The position numbers were made by a program, and so were the translations under genes. DNA of 54,471 nt from Nemertoderma westbladi (taxonomy: Eukaryota > Animalia > Xenacoelomorpha), in contig JAUCBJ010007307.1 in NCBI GenBank assembly GCA_032718475.1, positions 1 through 54,471 of the forward strand. The letters run 5' to 3'. Position 1 is the stretch's first letter; every line of letters begins with the position of its first letter. This document shows positions 24,001 to 37,584 of this stretch, one piece after another. A model generated the notes under the pieces. The model had not been told where the DNA came from. It searched no databases and was given only the letters and a program-made list of their open reading frames with translations.

Positions 24001-27000
24001 CCATTTACTACATTGGGGTGGGTGCATGGCCCCCATTTACTACATTGGGGTGGGAGCATTGCCCCATTTACTACATTGGTGTGGGTGCATGGCCCCCATT
24101 TACTACATTGGTGTAGGTGCATGGCCCCCATTTACTACATTGGGGTGGGTGCATGGCCCCCATTTACTACATTGGGGTGGGTGCATGGCCCCCATTTACT
24201 ACATTGGGGTGGGTGCATGGCCCCCATTTACTACATTGGGGTGGGTGCATGGCCCCCATTTACTACATTGGGGTGGGTGCATGGCCCCCATTTACTACAT
24301 TGGGGTGGGTGCATGGCCCCCATTTACTACATTGGGGTGGGAGCATTGCCCCATTTACTACATTGGTGTGGGTGCATGGCCCCCATTTACTACATTGGTG
24401 TAGGTGCATGGCCCCCATTTACTACATTGGGGTGGGTGCATGGCCCCCATTTACTACATTGGGGTGGGTGCATGGCCCCCATTTACTACATTGGGGTGGG
24501 TGCATGGCCCCCATTTACTACATTGGGGTGGGTGCATGGCCCCCATTTACTACATTGGGGTGGGTGCATGGCCCCCATTTACTACATTGGGGTGGGTGCA
24601 TGGCCCCCATTTACTACATTGGGGTGGGAGCATTGCCCCATTTACTACATTGGTGTGGGTGCATGGCCCCCATTTACTACATTGGTGTAGGTGCATGGCC
24701 CCCATTTACTACATTGGGGTGGGTGCATGGCCCCCATTTACTACATTGGGGTGGGTGCATGGCCCCCATTTACTACATTGGGGTGGGTGCATGGCCCCCA
24801 TTTACTACATTGGGGTGGGTGCATGGCCCCCATTTACTACATTGGGGTGGGTGCATGGCCCCCATTTACTACATTGGGGTGGGTGCATGGCCCCCATTTA
24901 CTACATTGGGGTGGGAGCATTGCCCCATTTACTACATTGGTGTGGGTGCATGGCCCCCATTTACTACATTGGTGTGGGTGCATGGCCCCCATTTACTACA
25001 TTGGGGTGGGTGCATGGCCCCCATTTACTACATTGGGGTGGGTGCATGGCCCCCATTTACTACATTGGGGTGGGTGCATGGCCCCCATTTACTACATTGG
25101 GGTGGGTGCATGGCCCCCATTTACTACATTGGGGTGGGTGCATGGCCCCCATTTACTACATTGGGGTGGGTGCATGGCCCCCATTTACTACATTGGGGTG
25201 GGTGCATGGCCCCCATTTACTACATTGGGGTGGGTGCATGGCCCCCATTTACTACATTGGGGTGGGTGCATGGCCCCCATTTACTACATTGGGGTGGGTG
25301 CATGGCCCCCATTTACTACATTGGGGTGGGTGCATGGCCCCCATTTACTACATTGGGGTGGGTGCATGGCCCCCATTTACTACATTGGGGTGGGTGCATG
25401 GCCCCCATTTACTACATTGGGGTGGGTGCATGGCCCCCATTTACTACATTGGGGTGGGTGCATGGCCCCCATTTACTACATTGGGGTGGGTGCATGGCCC
25501 CCATTTACTACATTGGGGTGGGTGCATGGCCCCCATTTACTACATTGGGGTGGGTGCATGGCCCCCATTTACTACATTGGGGTGGGTGCATGGCCCCCAT
25601 TTACTACATTGGGGTGGGTGCATGGCCCCCATTTACTACATTGGGGTGGGTGCATGGCCCCCATTTACTACATTGGGGTGGGTGCATGGCCCCCATTTAC
25701 TACATTGGGGTGGGTGCATGGCCCCCATTTACTACATTGGGGTGGGTGCATGGCCCCCATTTACTACATTGGGGTGGGTGCATGGCCCCCATTTACTACA
25801 TTGGGGTGGGTGCATGGCCCCCATTTACTACATTGGGGTGGGTGCATGGCCCCCATTTACTACATTGGGGTGGGTGCATGGCCCCCATTTACTACATTGG
25901 GGTGGGAGCATGGCCCCCATTTACTACATTGGGGTGGGTGCATGGCCCCCATTTACTACATTGGGGTGGGTGCATGGCCCCCATTTACTACATTGGGGTG
26001 GGTGCATGGCCCCCATTTACTACATTGGGGTGGGTGCATGGCCCCCATTTACTACATTGGGGTGGGTGCATGGCCCCCATTTACTACATTGGGGTGGGTG
26101 CATGGCCCCCATTTACTACATTGGGGTGGGTGCATGGCCCCCATTTACTACATTGGGGTGGGTGCATGGCCCCCATTTACTACATTGGGGTGGGTGCATG
26201 GCCCCCATTTACTACATTGGGGTGGGTGCATGGCCCCCATTTACTACATTGGGGTGGGAGCATGGCCCCCATTTACTACATTGGGGTGGGAGCATGGCCC
26301 CCATTTACTACATTGGGGTGGGTGCATGGCCCCCATTTACTACATTGGGGTGGGTGCATGGCCCCCATTTACTACATTGGGGTGGGTGCATGGCCCCCAT
26401 TTACTGCATTGGGGTGGGTGCATGGCCCCCATTTACTACATTGGGGTGGGTGCATGGCCCCCATTTACTACATTGGGGTGGGTGCATGGCCCCCATTTAC
26501 TACATTGGGGTGGGTGCATGGCCCCCATTTACTACATTGGGGTGGGTGCATGGCCCCCATTTACTACATTGGGGTGGGTGCATGGCCCCCATTTACTACA
26601 TTGGGGTGGGTGCATGGCCCCCATTTACTACATTGGGGTGGGAGCATGGCCCCCATTTACTACATTGGGGTGGGTGCATGGCCCCCATTTACTACATTGG
26701 GGTGGGTGCATGGCCCCCATTTACTACATTGGGGTGGGTGCATGGCCCCCATTTACTGCATTGGGGTGGGTGCATGGCCCCCATTTACTACATTGGGGTG
26801 GGTGCATGGCCCCCATTTACTGCATTGGGGTGGGTGCATGGCCCCCATTTACTACATTGGGGTGGGAGCATGGCCCCCATTTACTACATTGGGGTGGGTG
26901 CATGGCCCCCATTTACTACATTGGGGTGGGTGCATGGCCCCCATTTACTACATTAGGGTGGGTGCATGGCCCCCATTTACTACATTGGGGTGGGTGCATG

Positions 27001-29314
27001 GCCCCCATTTACTACATTGGGGTGGGTGCATGGCCCCCATTTACTACATTGGGGTGGGTGCATGGCCCCCATTTACTACATTGGGGTGGGTGCATGGCCC
27101 CCATTTACTACATTAGGGTGGGTGCATGGCCCCCATTTACTACATTGGGGTGGGTGCATGGCCCCCATTTACTACATTAGGGTGGGTGCATGGCCCCCAT
27201 TTACTACATTGGGGTGGGTGCATGGCCCCCATTTACTACATTGGGGTGGGTGCATGGCCCCCATTTACTACATTGGGGTGGGTGCATGGCCCCCATTTAC
27301 TACATTAGGGTGGGTGCATGGCCCCCATTTACTACATTGGGGTGGGTGCATGGCCCCCATTTACTACATTAGGGTGGGTGCATGGCCCCCATTTACTACA
27401 TTGGGGTGGGTGCATGGCCCCCATTTACTACATTAGGGTGGGTGCATGGCCCCCATTTACTACATTGGGGTGGGTGCATGGCCCCCATTTACTACATTGG
27501 GGTGGGTGCATGGCCCCCATTTACTACATTGGGGTGGGTGCATGGCCCCCATTTACTACATTGGGGTGGGTGCATGGCCCCCATTTACTACATTGGGGTG
27601 GGTGCATGGCCCCCATTTACTACATTGGGGTGGGTGCATGGCCCCCATTTACTACATTGGGGTGGGTGCATGGCCCCCATTTACTACATTGGGGTGGGTG
27701 CATGGCCCCCATTTACTACATTGGGGTGGGTGCATGGCCCCCATTTACTACATTGGGGTGGGTGCATGGCCCCCATTTACTGCATTGGGGTGGGTGCATG
27801 GCCCCCATTTACTACATTGGGGTGGGTGCATGGCCCCCATTTACTACATTGGGGTGGGTGCATGGCCCCCATTTACTACATTGGGGTGGGTGCATGGCCC
27901 CCATTTACTACATTGGGGTGGGTGCATGGCCCCCATTTACTACATTGGGGTGGGTGCATGGCCCCCATTTACTACATTAGGGTGGGTGCATGGCCCCCAT
28001 TTACTACATTGGGGTGGGAGCATGGCCCCCATTTACTACATTGGGGTGGGTGCATGGCCCCCATTTACTACATTGGGGTGGGTGCATGGCCCCCATTTAC
28101 TACATTGGGGTGGGTGCATGGCCCCCATTTACTACATTAGGGTGGGTGCATGGCCCCCATTTACTACATTGGGGTGGGTGCATGGCCCCCATTTACTACA
28201 TTAGGGTGGGTGCATGGCCCCCATTTACTACATTGGGGTGGGTGCATGGCCCCCATTTACTACATTAGGGTGGGTGCATGGCCCCCATTTACTACATTGG
28301 GGTGGGTGCATGGCCCCCATTTACTACATTAGGGTGGGTGCATGGCCCCCATTTACTACATTGGGGTGGGTGCATGGCCCCCATTTACTACATTAGGGTG
28401 GGTGCATGGCCCCCATTTACTACATTGGGGTGGGTGCATGGCCCCCATTTACTACATTAGGGTGGGTGCATGGCCCCCATTTACTACATTGGGGTGGGTG
28501 CATGGCCCCCATTTACTACATTAGGGTGGGTGCATGGCCCCCATTTACTACATTGGGGTGGGTGCATGGCCCCCATTTACTACATTAGGGTGGGTGCATG
28601 GCCCCCATTTACTACATTGGGGTGGGTGCATGGCCCCCATTTACTACATTAGGGTGGGTGCATGGCCCCCATTTACTACATTGGGGTGGGTGCATGGCCC
28701 CCATTTACTACATTGGGGTGGGTGCATGGCCCCCATTTACTGCATTGGGGTGGGTGCATGGCCCCCATTTACTACATTGGGGTGGGTGCATGGCCCCCAT
28801 TTACTGCATTGGGGTGGGTGCATGGCCCCCATTTACTACATTGGGGTGGGAGCATGGCCCCCATTTACTACATTGGGGTGGGTGCATGGCCCCCATTTAC
28901 TACATTGGGGTGGGTGCATGGCCCCCATTTACTACATTGGGGTGGGTGCATGGCCCCCATTTACTACATTGGGGTGGGTGCATGGCCCCCATTTACTACA
29001 TTGGGGTGGGTGCATGGCCCCCATTTACTACATTGGGGTGGGAGCATGGCCCCCATTTACTACATTGGGGTGGGAGCATGGCCCCCATTTACTACATTGG
29101 GGTGGGTGCATGGCCCCCATTTACTACATTGGGGTGGGTGCATGGCCCCCATTTACTACATTGGGGTGGGTGCATGGCCCCCATTTACTACATTAGGGTG
29201 GGTGCATGGCCCCCATTTACTACATTGGGGTGGGTGCATGGCCCCCATTTACTACATTAGGGTGGGTGCATGGCCCCCATTTACTACATTGGGGTGGGTG
29301 CATGGCCCCCCATT
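21041..29314 (+). repeat. 32-bp satellite array (GGGTGGGTGCATGGCCCCCATTTACTACATTG), about 258 copies, 8.3 kb
   Basis: Directly visible; homogeneous centre, more variable left edge; copy number is length divided by 32. Confidence 0.98.
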
Positions 29315-29609
29315 CTCCGCATTATGTGGATTATGTGATAGGGAGATCGAAGATTCGTTTATAGCGTTTATAATCGATTACAGGAAACTATAACTCTCTT
29401 TGGATCATATATTATATTATATTATATAATATATTATTATATTATTATATTATATTATTATATTATTATATTATATATAGATTTATATAGATTTATATCA
29501 CTTTATAATGCGGTCACAGGCAGTGAATCCCTAACATCTGTTCTGATCTAATCGGTTCTGATGGCCGTTGGCCGGTGCCTCTCTGTCTGCAAGTGGACAT
29601 TAATGTCCG

Positions 29610-32600
29610 ACTACTAGTACTACTAGGATCGGCATGCTGCATTGTGGCTGCATTTTTAAGAATGCTGTGCCGGCTTGTCGACAAAATTGCGCCGCCACAA
29701 CTCCCTATCACCCATTACATTTGCTAGATCATCCGCATCTTCAAGGCCAGTGTCCTTTAAGAGGCGTCTCAAGAAAGTCATGGGCTGTCCACCATGCTTA
29801 TTCACTCCATGAGGCTGCCAAAGCACAAGATTATGCACTGGCTGGTCCTCACGGCGAAAGCAATGTCCTGCAAAGCGGAGGCGACTTTGTTCTAGTGTCA
29901 AGCTTGGGGGAACCAATGAGACACCTCCAATGTTATACAGTGTCTGGCTGGATATGTGTGCATTGTACTTGACACAATGAACCCGGCGTAGCATTCTTGT
30001 GAATGTGCCATCCAAAGATTTGGTGTCCTCAGCAGTTAGAGCCCAGCATGGACTCCCATAGAGGAGTACTGGAACTACTACTGCTCTGAATAATCGGATC
30101 TTAAGTTTCCGATTAATTCTCTGTGACTTCCAAATCCTGGAAAGCCTATCCAAGGCTGCCCATGCCTTTCCCTTACGTATTCGAAGGTCCTCACCTGACT
30201 TCCGGATCCATGATCCCAGGTAACAGAAGTCGTCTACATGCTCAAGCATACCATCCTTTGAGCTTATGCTCATCCGGTCAGAGACTTGCTGAGGACTTTC
30301 AAAGTTAACTGTCAAAATTTTGGTCTTTTTGGAGTTAATAAAAAGACCAACACTAGAAGCAGCCTGTTCTAATGAGCTGAGGAGCCGTTGGGCTCCCTCT
30401 AGTGATTCTGAGAGTACTCCTAAGTCATCAGCAAAGTCTAGATCAGTTAGGTACTTGGCAGGATTTCCTCGACTTCTGGAGCCAGTAGGTGGAGTTATCA
30501 TCACCCCATCATCATTATGATGATCTAAGGACATGCGTAGAACATAGTCAACCACAATTATGAACAAGAATTGTGCTAGTGTGTCTCCCTGGAGGAAGCC
30601 CCATAACACTTCAAATGGTTCTGTGTCACCGTCAACATTAGACACAAATGTTGTCGAACCATATGGTATACTGATCTGATTGCTGTAATAATTTCATCAG
30701 GAATCCCATATAATGAAAGTATGCTGAACATACGTGAGCGAGAGACTGAATCAAAGACCTTGAAGGAGTCAACAAAGATAACAGCCAGATTGTCTTTCGT
30801 TTTTGATAACTCTTCAATTATCCTTCTAAGTACCAAAATGGGCTTCATGGTCCCACGACCTTTACGGAACCCATTCTGATTTCCACCAGCAGTCTCTCAA
30901 TGGGATCCCTGATGCGATTTAATATAATTTTATTGTATAGCTTTGCAGCAATCGAGATTAATGAGATTCCCCGAAAAGAACCATAGAGTGTTAGGTTGCC
31001 CTTCTTGGGAATTGGCACCAACTTATTTGTTTTCATTTCTTGTGGGACTCTTGTTGTTCTGTACTGTCTACTATGATGGGATAGATGAGCTTTAAACACT
31101 CAGGTATTTTAAAGACCTCAGAGGGAACACTATCTACTCCACTGGCACGATTGGTCTTAATGCTCTTTGCAGCAGCCTTCACTTCTGCAAAGGAGATATC
31201 GCCAATGGGAATATCTGGGAGTACAGACTCAGACACTTTTACTTCTACAAAGTTATCAGGCAATACCCTGTCATTATTGAGGGGCTTTTCAAAATGGGCC
31301 TTCCAAGTGAGGCAATCGGCTGGTGATTCAGCCTTAACCTTGGTGGTTGGTTGGCTTTTACTCCCAGTAAGCAAGTTGATCGATTTCCATGCCTGGGATG
31401 ATTGCCTGCTGTTGTCAGCAGCATTTATTGCATCAACCTGTTGGTTTATTAGCTCCTGCAGATTAACAGAGTACTGCCTGTTCAGGGACCTAGATGCAGC
31501 TTTAACTGCGGGACTCTTTCTACGCTTTATTGAGGTCATTTTGGCAATTCTGAATTTTGTGGTCAGTCCAGGGGGGCCCTTTTTCCTGTTTCGAGGGTAT
31601 ACTGGAACTGTTTCTGCAGCTGCTAACTTAACTGCTTCTGTGAAGGCAGTATAGCCCTCGCAGTGATCTGCCGCCTCAGAGGCAAGAACCTCATATATTT
31701 TGCTCAACTGTAGTGTGAAGCTGGATCTCACACTTGGGTGTTGCAACAGAGAGGACCAGTCATGCCGCGGCAAGGCAGATTTCATTGTTCTGCTAGCACG
31801 AAGACTAAGTCTTACCTTGGCCACAATGAGGCAGTGATCACTGGAGAAGGGTCGAAGTGTAAAAGCATTCCAGTCTTGTATAGAGCTCCTGTATTTCCTA
31901 CGAAACAGAATATGGTCTATTTGGGACTGATGACCACTGGGTCCACTATGAATCCATAGCTTTCCAGTTCGCTTCTTGAACTGGGTTCCAGCAGAAAACA
32001 ATTCATTTGCAGAGATAAAATCCTGAAGATGGACAGAATTTCGGTTAACACTATCGCTATAGACTCAGGGCGATGTAGGTGATTGATGCAGACTTTCATT
32101 AAAGTCTCCCAGGAATGTTAAGAATGCATCCTGATCTACTCCAACAGTATAGCTGCTTGTAGATTGTGTTAGAATTTTTCCACCTCCTCTACAGGGGCAA
32201 CACTAGTTGGAGAGTAGCACACAATCAGAACCACCTTAGGAAACGTCTTAGCCAGTCTTCCAGAACATGAAAAGTGGCAACGGATGATGCAGTTAGATGC
32301 GGTCAGGAGATAACTGACGCCTGTGAGGCCAATTGTGTCCGGTAATTCCACTGGCCTCAAGTGGCCGGACCTCCGCATTACTAATATAATCCATAGTGGG
32401 GGTTGGGGGTGCTTTTTGCCGAGTCAGCTCTCGGGGCAAATACCACACCCTGGTTTGCCATTCCACAGGGTGGGTGTCGCAGTGGAGTCAGATATGAGAC
32501 CCATCACCCATACCTACTCTGACGCACATGACCCACCATTGGCTGTGCAGCTGGGCCATGCCCTGTACCCCTGCTGCCAGGTGCAGGTCGCAGTGAAGTG

Positions 32601-32884
32601 CCCTCAGAGGGGGACATGAGAACACTCTACTCCTGACCAGCCATTGGTAGATCACCATCTGCCTGGCCAGGCCATATACCCCTGCAGCCAAGTATATGGG
32701 TCCTTAATCCAGGACCAAGGGCGTCCTTATCCCAGAACGAAGTGGTGTCCTAGTTACAGGACCAGATTTGCCCTAGTAAGAGGGTCTATGCAGCCACAGG
32801 TGGCACCTCCTTTATGCTGCATGGAGGTGGCAAGTTTTCTTGATCAACGACCTAGAATACCTGACCTGACCTGACCCGACCGAC
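29610..32884 (-). mobile_element. RTE-clade LINE, near full length but decayed (APE + RT, several frameshifts and deletions)
   Basis: APE motifs LIVCYSPT, LGDFN, SQIDHIL, SSDHCL; RT motifs FRGISL, LQGDTLA, LDFADD, FCYLGS, PVLLYG, RLRFAGHCFR; short (TAG)n tail near 29611-29625; (GGTCA)n at the 5' end. Confidence 0.9.
29656..30645 (-). pseudogene. RT C-terminal half of the RTE element (longest surviving frame)
   Basis: LQGDTLAQFLF, DLDFADDL, YLGSWI, RLRFAGH. Confidence 0.9.
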
Positions 32885-33259
32885 ACTCGAGGCATGTCTG
32901 TTAAGTGTCTGCGGGGGGGGGGGGGGGGGGGGGGGAGTGGGGTGGTTACTAACATATAGGTTAATAAATTATTAATAAATTCTTACAATAATAAACACAT
33001 TAGAAAGTGTACAGTAGGATTACTTAAAAACGTTTTTTAATGTAGGCATTGGGGAAAGGGGCATAGTCGTAAAGTAACAAAATCGGTGGTCCAGTATAAG
33101 GGAGTTGTCGTGGTCTCCGAGCTCTGTCTAGACGACCTGGGGGGGAGTGAGGGGGGGGGGGCTTCCAGGACCTGTGTTACCTTGTTTTTCCGATGTTATT
33201 TATCTCTGTATAATATAACAACATAGTTTTATTAATATTAATTATGTGTATTATATTTA

Positions 33260-33900
33260 TTTATTATTATTATTGGCTTTATTTCAGGCCCAGTTGGCCC
33301 ATAAAAATATTGTACTAATACAAACAAACAGAATGTACACAGTCAGGCTAACAACGTAAAGCACAATAAGGTTGGTTATAAGACAATATAGTAAAAATAC
33401 ACAAAACAAAACAGATAACCGAACAATATGACCAAAAATGATACAAAATTACAACTTAAACCCAAGTCTTAGGGTCACACATTTCCCTTATTCTGGATGT
33501 ACTGTCCAGACGGCATACATTAGTAATTGTACTGAAATATTTTGTTGTCAGTCTTATCAACTCTTTTAAATAAACTTACAATTGACATGTATCTAATATG
33601 AACCATCATTTTAACATTAAATTGCCCGAATGCGCTGCTAATACTAGTTGGTTCACCGTTTGTTACTCTCGGAATATGAAAAAGTAACCTAAAGCAATTG
33701 TTATACGGTTTATAATTTATATTATACGGTTATTACCTGGTATGTTGTTTTCCCTATGAAATATTATTTACAATACATTATAATTATAATTTAATAAATA
33801 AATTATAAAATTTTTAGAAAATAACAAAATAGTCTGGTAATAAATATAGTTATCTTCCTGACCATAATTTTGACTCGTGGCTCATTAATGTCATGCTGTA
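33260..33900 (-). mobile_element. Highly decayed 3' end of a CR1/L2-group LINE
   Basis: Minus strand shows TSISSAFGQFNVKMM-like RT tail, then hairpin GGGCCAACTGGGCC, AATAAA and a (TAA)n tail. Confidence 0.45.
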
Positions 33901-34221
33901 TTTTTTCCAATAATATATATGGTAAAATTCTTGTTAAATCTTATTAAGTATTTTATTCTATCTAAGATTGAAAAATATATTTAAATTATTCAAACCGAAA
34001 CATAGATAAAATATCAGGTTTATTGGATTTATTTCATTTTATTAACTAAACATTTCCAAACTTACCTTGATACCGAAATAAATTTCAATCATATATAATA
34101 TTTTGCAGTCCATCTTATTGGGTGCTATGATGATGAATTGCTATCTAATTGGCAGCATTGGTACCAGCGCCAGCAATGGCGGAACCCACTGGCTGCCATC
34201 TGCCGGTTATGGTTGAAAAAC

Positions 34222-37200
34222 ATATATCTGAGCGCCGTTGTTATGTTTGTTATTGTTCTATATCTGATCGCCGTCGTTATGTTTGTTATTGTTCTATATC
34301 TGATCGCCGTCGTTATGTTTGTTATTGTTCTATATCTGATCGCCGTCGTTGTCTTTGTTATTGTTCTATATCTGATCGCCGTCGTTATGTTTGTTATTGT
34401 TCTATATCTGAACGCCGTCGTTATGTTTGTTATTGTTCTATATCTGATCGCCGCCGTTATGTTTGTTATTGTTCTATATCTGAACGCCGTCGTTATGTTT
34501 GTTATTGTTCCATATCTGATCGCCGTCGTTATGTTTGTTAGTGTTCTATATCTGATCGTCGTCGTTATGTTTGTTATTGTTCTATATCTGATCGCCGTCG
34601 TTATGTTTGTTTTTGTTCCATATCTGATCGCCGTCGTTATGTTTGTTTTTGTTCTATATCTGAACGCCGTCGTTATGTTTGTTATTGTTCTATATCTGAA
34701 CGCCTTCGTTATGTTTGTTATTGTTCTATATCTGAACGCCGTCGTTGTGTTTGTTATTGTTCCATATCTGAGCGCCGTCGTTGTGTTTGTTATTGTTCTA
34801 TATCTGATCGCCGTTGTTATGTTTGTTATTGTTCTATATCTGAGCGCCGTCGTTATGTTTGTTATTGTTCTATATCTGATCGCCGTCGTTATGTTTGTTT
34901 TTGTTCCCTATCTGAACGCCGTCGTTATGTTTGTTATTGTTCTATATCTGATCGCTGTCGTTATGTTTGTTTTTGTTCTATATCTGAACGCCGTCGTTAT
35001 GTTTGTTATTGTTCTATATCTGATCGCTGTCGTTATGTTTGTTATTGTTCTATATCTGATCGCCGTTGTTATGTTTGTTATTGTTCTATATCTGATCGCC
35101 GTCGTTATGTTTGTTATTGTTCTATATCTGAACGCCGTCGTTATGTTTGTTATTGTTCCATATCTGATCGCTGTCGTTGTGTTTGTTATTGTTCTATATC
35201 TGATCGCTGTCGTTATGTTTGTTATTGTTCTATATCTGATCGCCGTCGTTATGATTGTTTTTGTTCTATATCTGATCGCTGTCGTTATGTTTGTTTTGTT
35301 CTATATCTGATCGCCGTCTTTATGTTTGTTATTGTTCCATATCTGATCGCCGTCGTTATGTTTGTTATTGTTCCATATCTGATCGCCGTCGTTATGTTTG
35401 TTATTGTTCTATATCTGAACGCCGTCGTTATGTTTGTTATTGTTCCATATCTGATTGCTGTCGTTATGTTTGTTATTGTTCTATATCTGAACGCCGTCGT
35501 TATGTTTGTTTTTGTTCCATATCTGAACGCCGTCGTTATATTTGTTATTGTTCTATATCTGATCGCCGCCGTTATGTTTGTTATTGTTCTATATCTGATC
35601 GCTGTCGTTATGTTTGTTATTGTTCTATATCTGAACGCCGTCGTTATGTTTGTTATTGTTCTATATCTGAACGCCGTCGTTATGTTTGTTATTGTTCTAT
35701 ATCTGAGCGCCGTCGTTATGTTTGTTATTGTTCTATATCTGATCGCCGTCGTTATGTTTGTATTTGTTCCATATCTGAACGCCGTCGTTATGTTTGTTAT
35801 TGTTCTATATCTGAACGCCGTCGTTATGTTTGTTATTGTTCCATATATGATCGCCGTCGTTATGTTTGTTATTGTTCTATATCTGATCGCCGCCGTTATG
35901 TTTGTTATTGTTCTATATCTGAACGCCGTCGTTATGTTTGTTATTGTTCCATATCTGATCGCTGTCGTTATGTTTGTTAGTGTTCTATATCTGAACGCCG
36001 TCGTTATGTTTGTTTTTGTTCCATATCTGAACGCCGTCGTTATGTTTGTTATTGTTCTATATCTGATCGCCGCCGTTATGTTTGTTATTGTTCTATATCT
36101 GAGCGCCGTCGTTATGTTTGTTATTGTTCTATATCTGATCGCTATCGTTATGTTTGTTATTGTTCTATATCTGAACGCCGTCGTTATGTTTGTTATTGTT
36201 CTATATCTGATCGCTGTCGTTATGTTTGTTATTGTTCTATATCTGATCGCCGTCGTTGTGTTTGTTATTGTTCTATATCTGATCGCTGTCGTTATGTTTG
36301 TTATTGTTCTATATCTGAGCGCCGTCGTTATGTTTGTTATTGTTCTATATCTGATCGCTGTCGTTATGTTTGTTATTGTTCTATATCTGAGCGCCGTCGT
36401 TATGTTTGTTATTGTTCTATATCTGATCGCCGTCGTTATGTTTGTTATTGTTCTATATCTGAGCGCCGTCGTTATGTTTGTTATTGTTCTATATCTGATC
36501 GCTGTCGTTATGTTTGTTATTGTTCTATATCTGAGCGCCGTCGTTATGTTTGTTATTGTTCTATATCTGATCGCTGTCGTTATGTTTGTTATTGTTCTAT
36601 ATCTGATCGCCGTCGTTATGTTTGTTTTTGTTCCATATCTGAACGCCGTCGTTATGTTTGTTATTGTTCTATATCTGATCGCTGTCGTTATGTTTGTTAT
36701 TGTTCTATATCTGATCGCCGTCGTTGTGTTTGTTATTGTTCTATATATGATCGCTGTCGTTATGTTTGTTATTGTTCTATATCTGAGCGCCGTCGTTATG
36801 TTTGTTATTGTTCTATATCTGATCGCTGTCGTTATGTTTGTTATTGTTCTATATCTGAGCGCCGTCGTTATGTTTGTTATTGTTCTATATCTGATCGCCG
36901 TCGTTATGTTTGTTATTGTTCTATATCTGATCGCCGTCGTTATGTTTGTTATTGTTCTATATCTGAGCGCCGTCGTTATGTTTGTTATTGTTCTATATCT
37001 GATCGCTGTCGTTATGTTTGTTTTTGTTCTATATCTGAACGCCGTCGTTATGTTTGTTATTGTTCTATATCTGAACGCCTTCGTTATGTTTGTTATTGTT
37101 CTATATCTGAACGCCGTCGTTGTGTTTGTTATTGTTCCATATCTGAGCGCCGTCGTTGTGTTTGTTATTGTTCTATATCTGATCGCCGTTGTTATGTTTG

Positions 37201-37584
37201 TTATTGTTCTATATCTGAGCGCCGTCGTTATGTTTGTTATTGTTCTATATCTGATCGCCGTCGTTATGTTTGTTTTTGTTCCCTATCTGAACGCCGTCGT
37301 TATGTTTGTTATTGTTCTATATCTGATCGCTGTCGTTATGTTTGTTTTTGTTCTATATCTGAACGCCGTCGTTATGTTTGTTATTGTTCTATATCTGATC
37401 GCTGTCGTTATGTTTGTTATTGTTCTATATCTGATCGCCGTTGTTATGTTTGTTATTGTTCTATATCTGATCGCCGTCGTTATGTTTGTTATTGTTCTAT
37501 ATCTGAACGCCGTCGTTATGTTTGTTATTGTTCCATATCTGATCGCCGTCGTTATGTTTGTTATTGTTCTATATCTGATCGCCG
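34222..37584 (+). repeat. 36-bp minisatellite (TATCTGATCGCCGTCGTTATGTTTGTTATTGTTCTA), about 93 copies
   Basis: Directly visible; the long hydrophobic ORFs here are translations of the unit. Confidence 0.97.

Noticed and set aside
26950-29262. TTAGGG hexamers suggesting telomeric sequence
   Set aside because: Single G-to-A variants of the satellite unit, never tandem.
20930-29393. Dozens of long ORFs (up to 999 aa) of HGPHLLHWGGCMAPIYYIGVGAWPPFTTLGWV repeats
   Set aside because: Artefact of a stop-free 32-bp unit cycling through all three frames; variants introduce stops and frameshifts freely.
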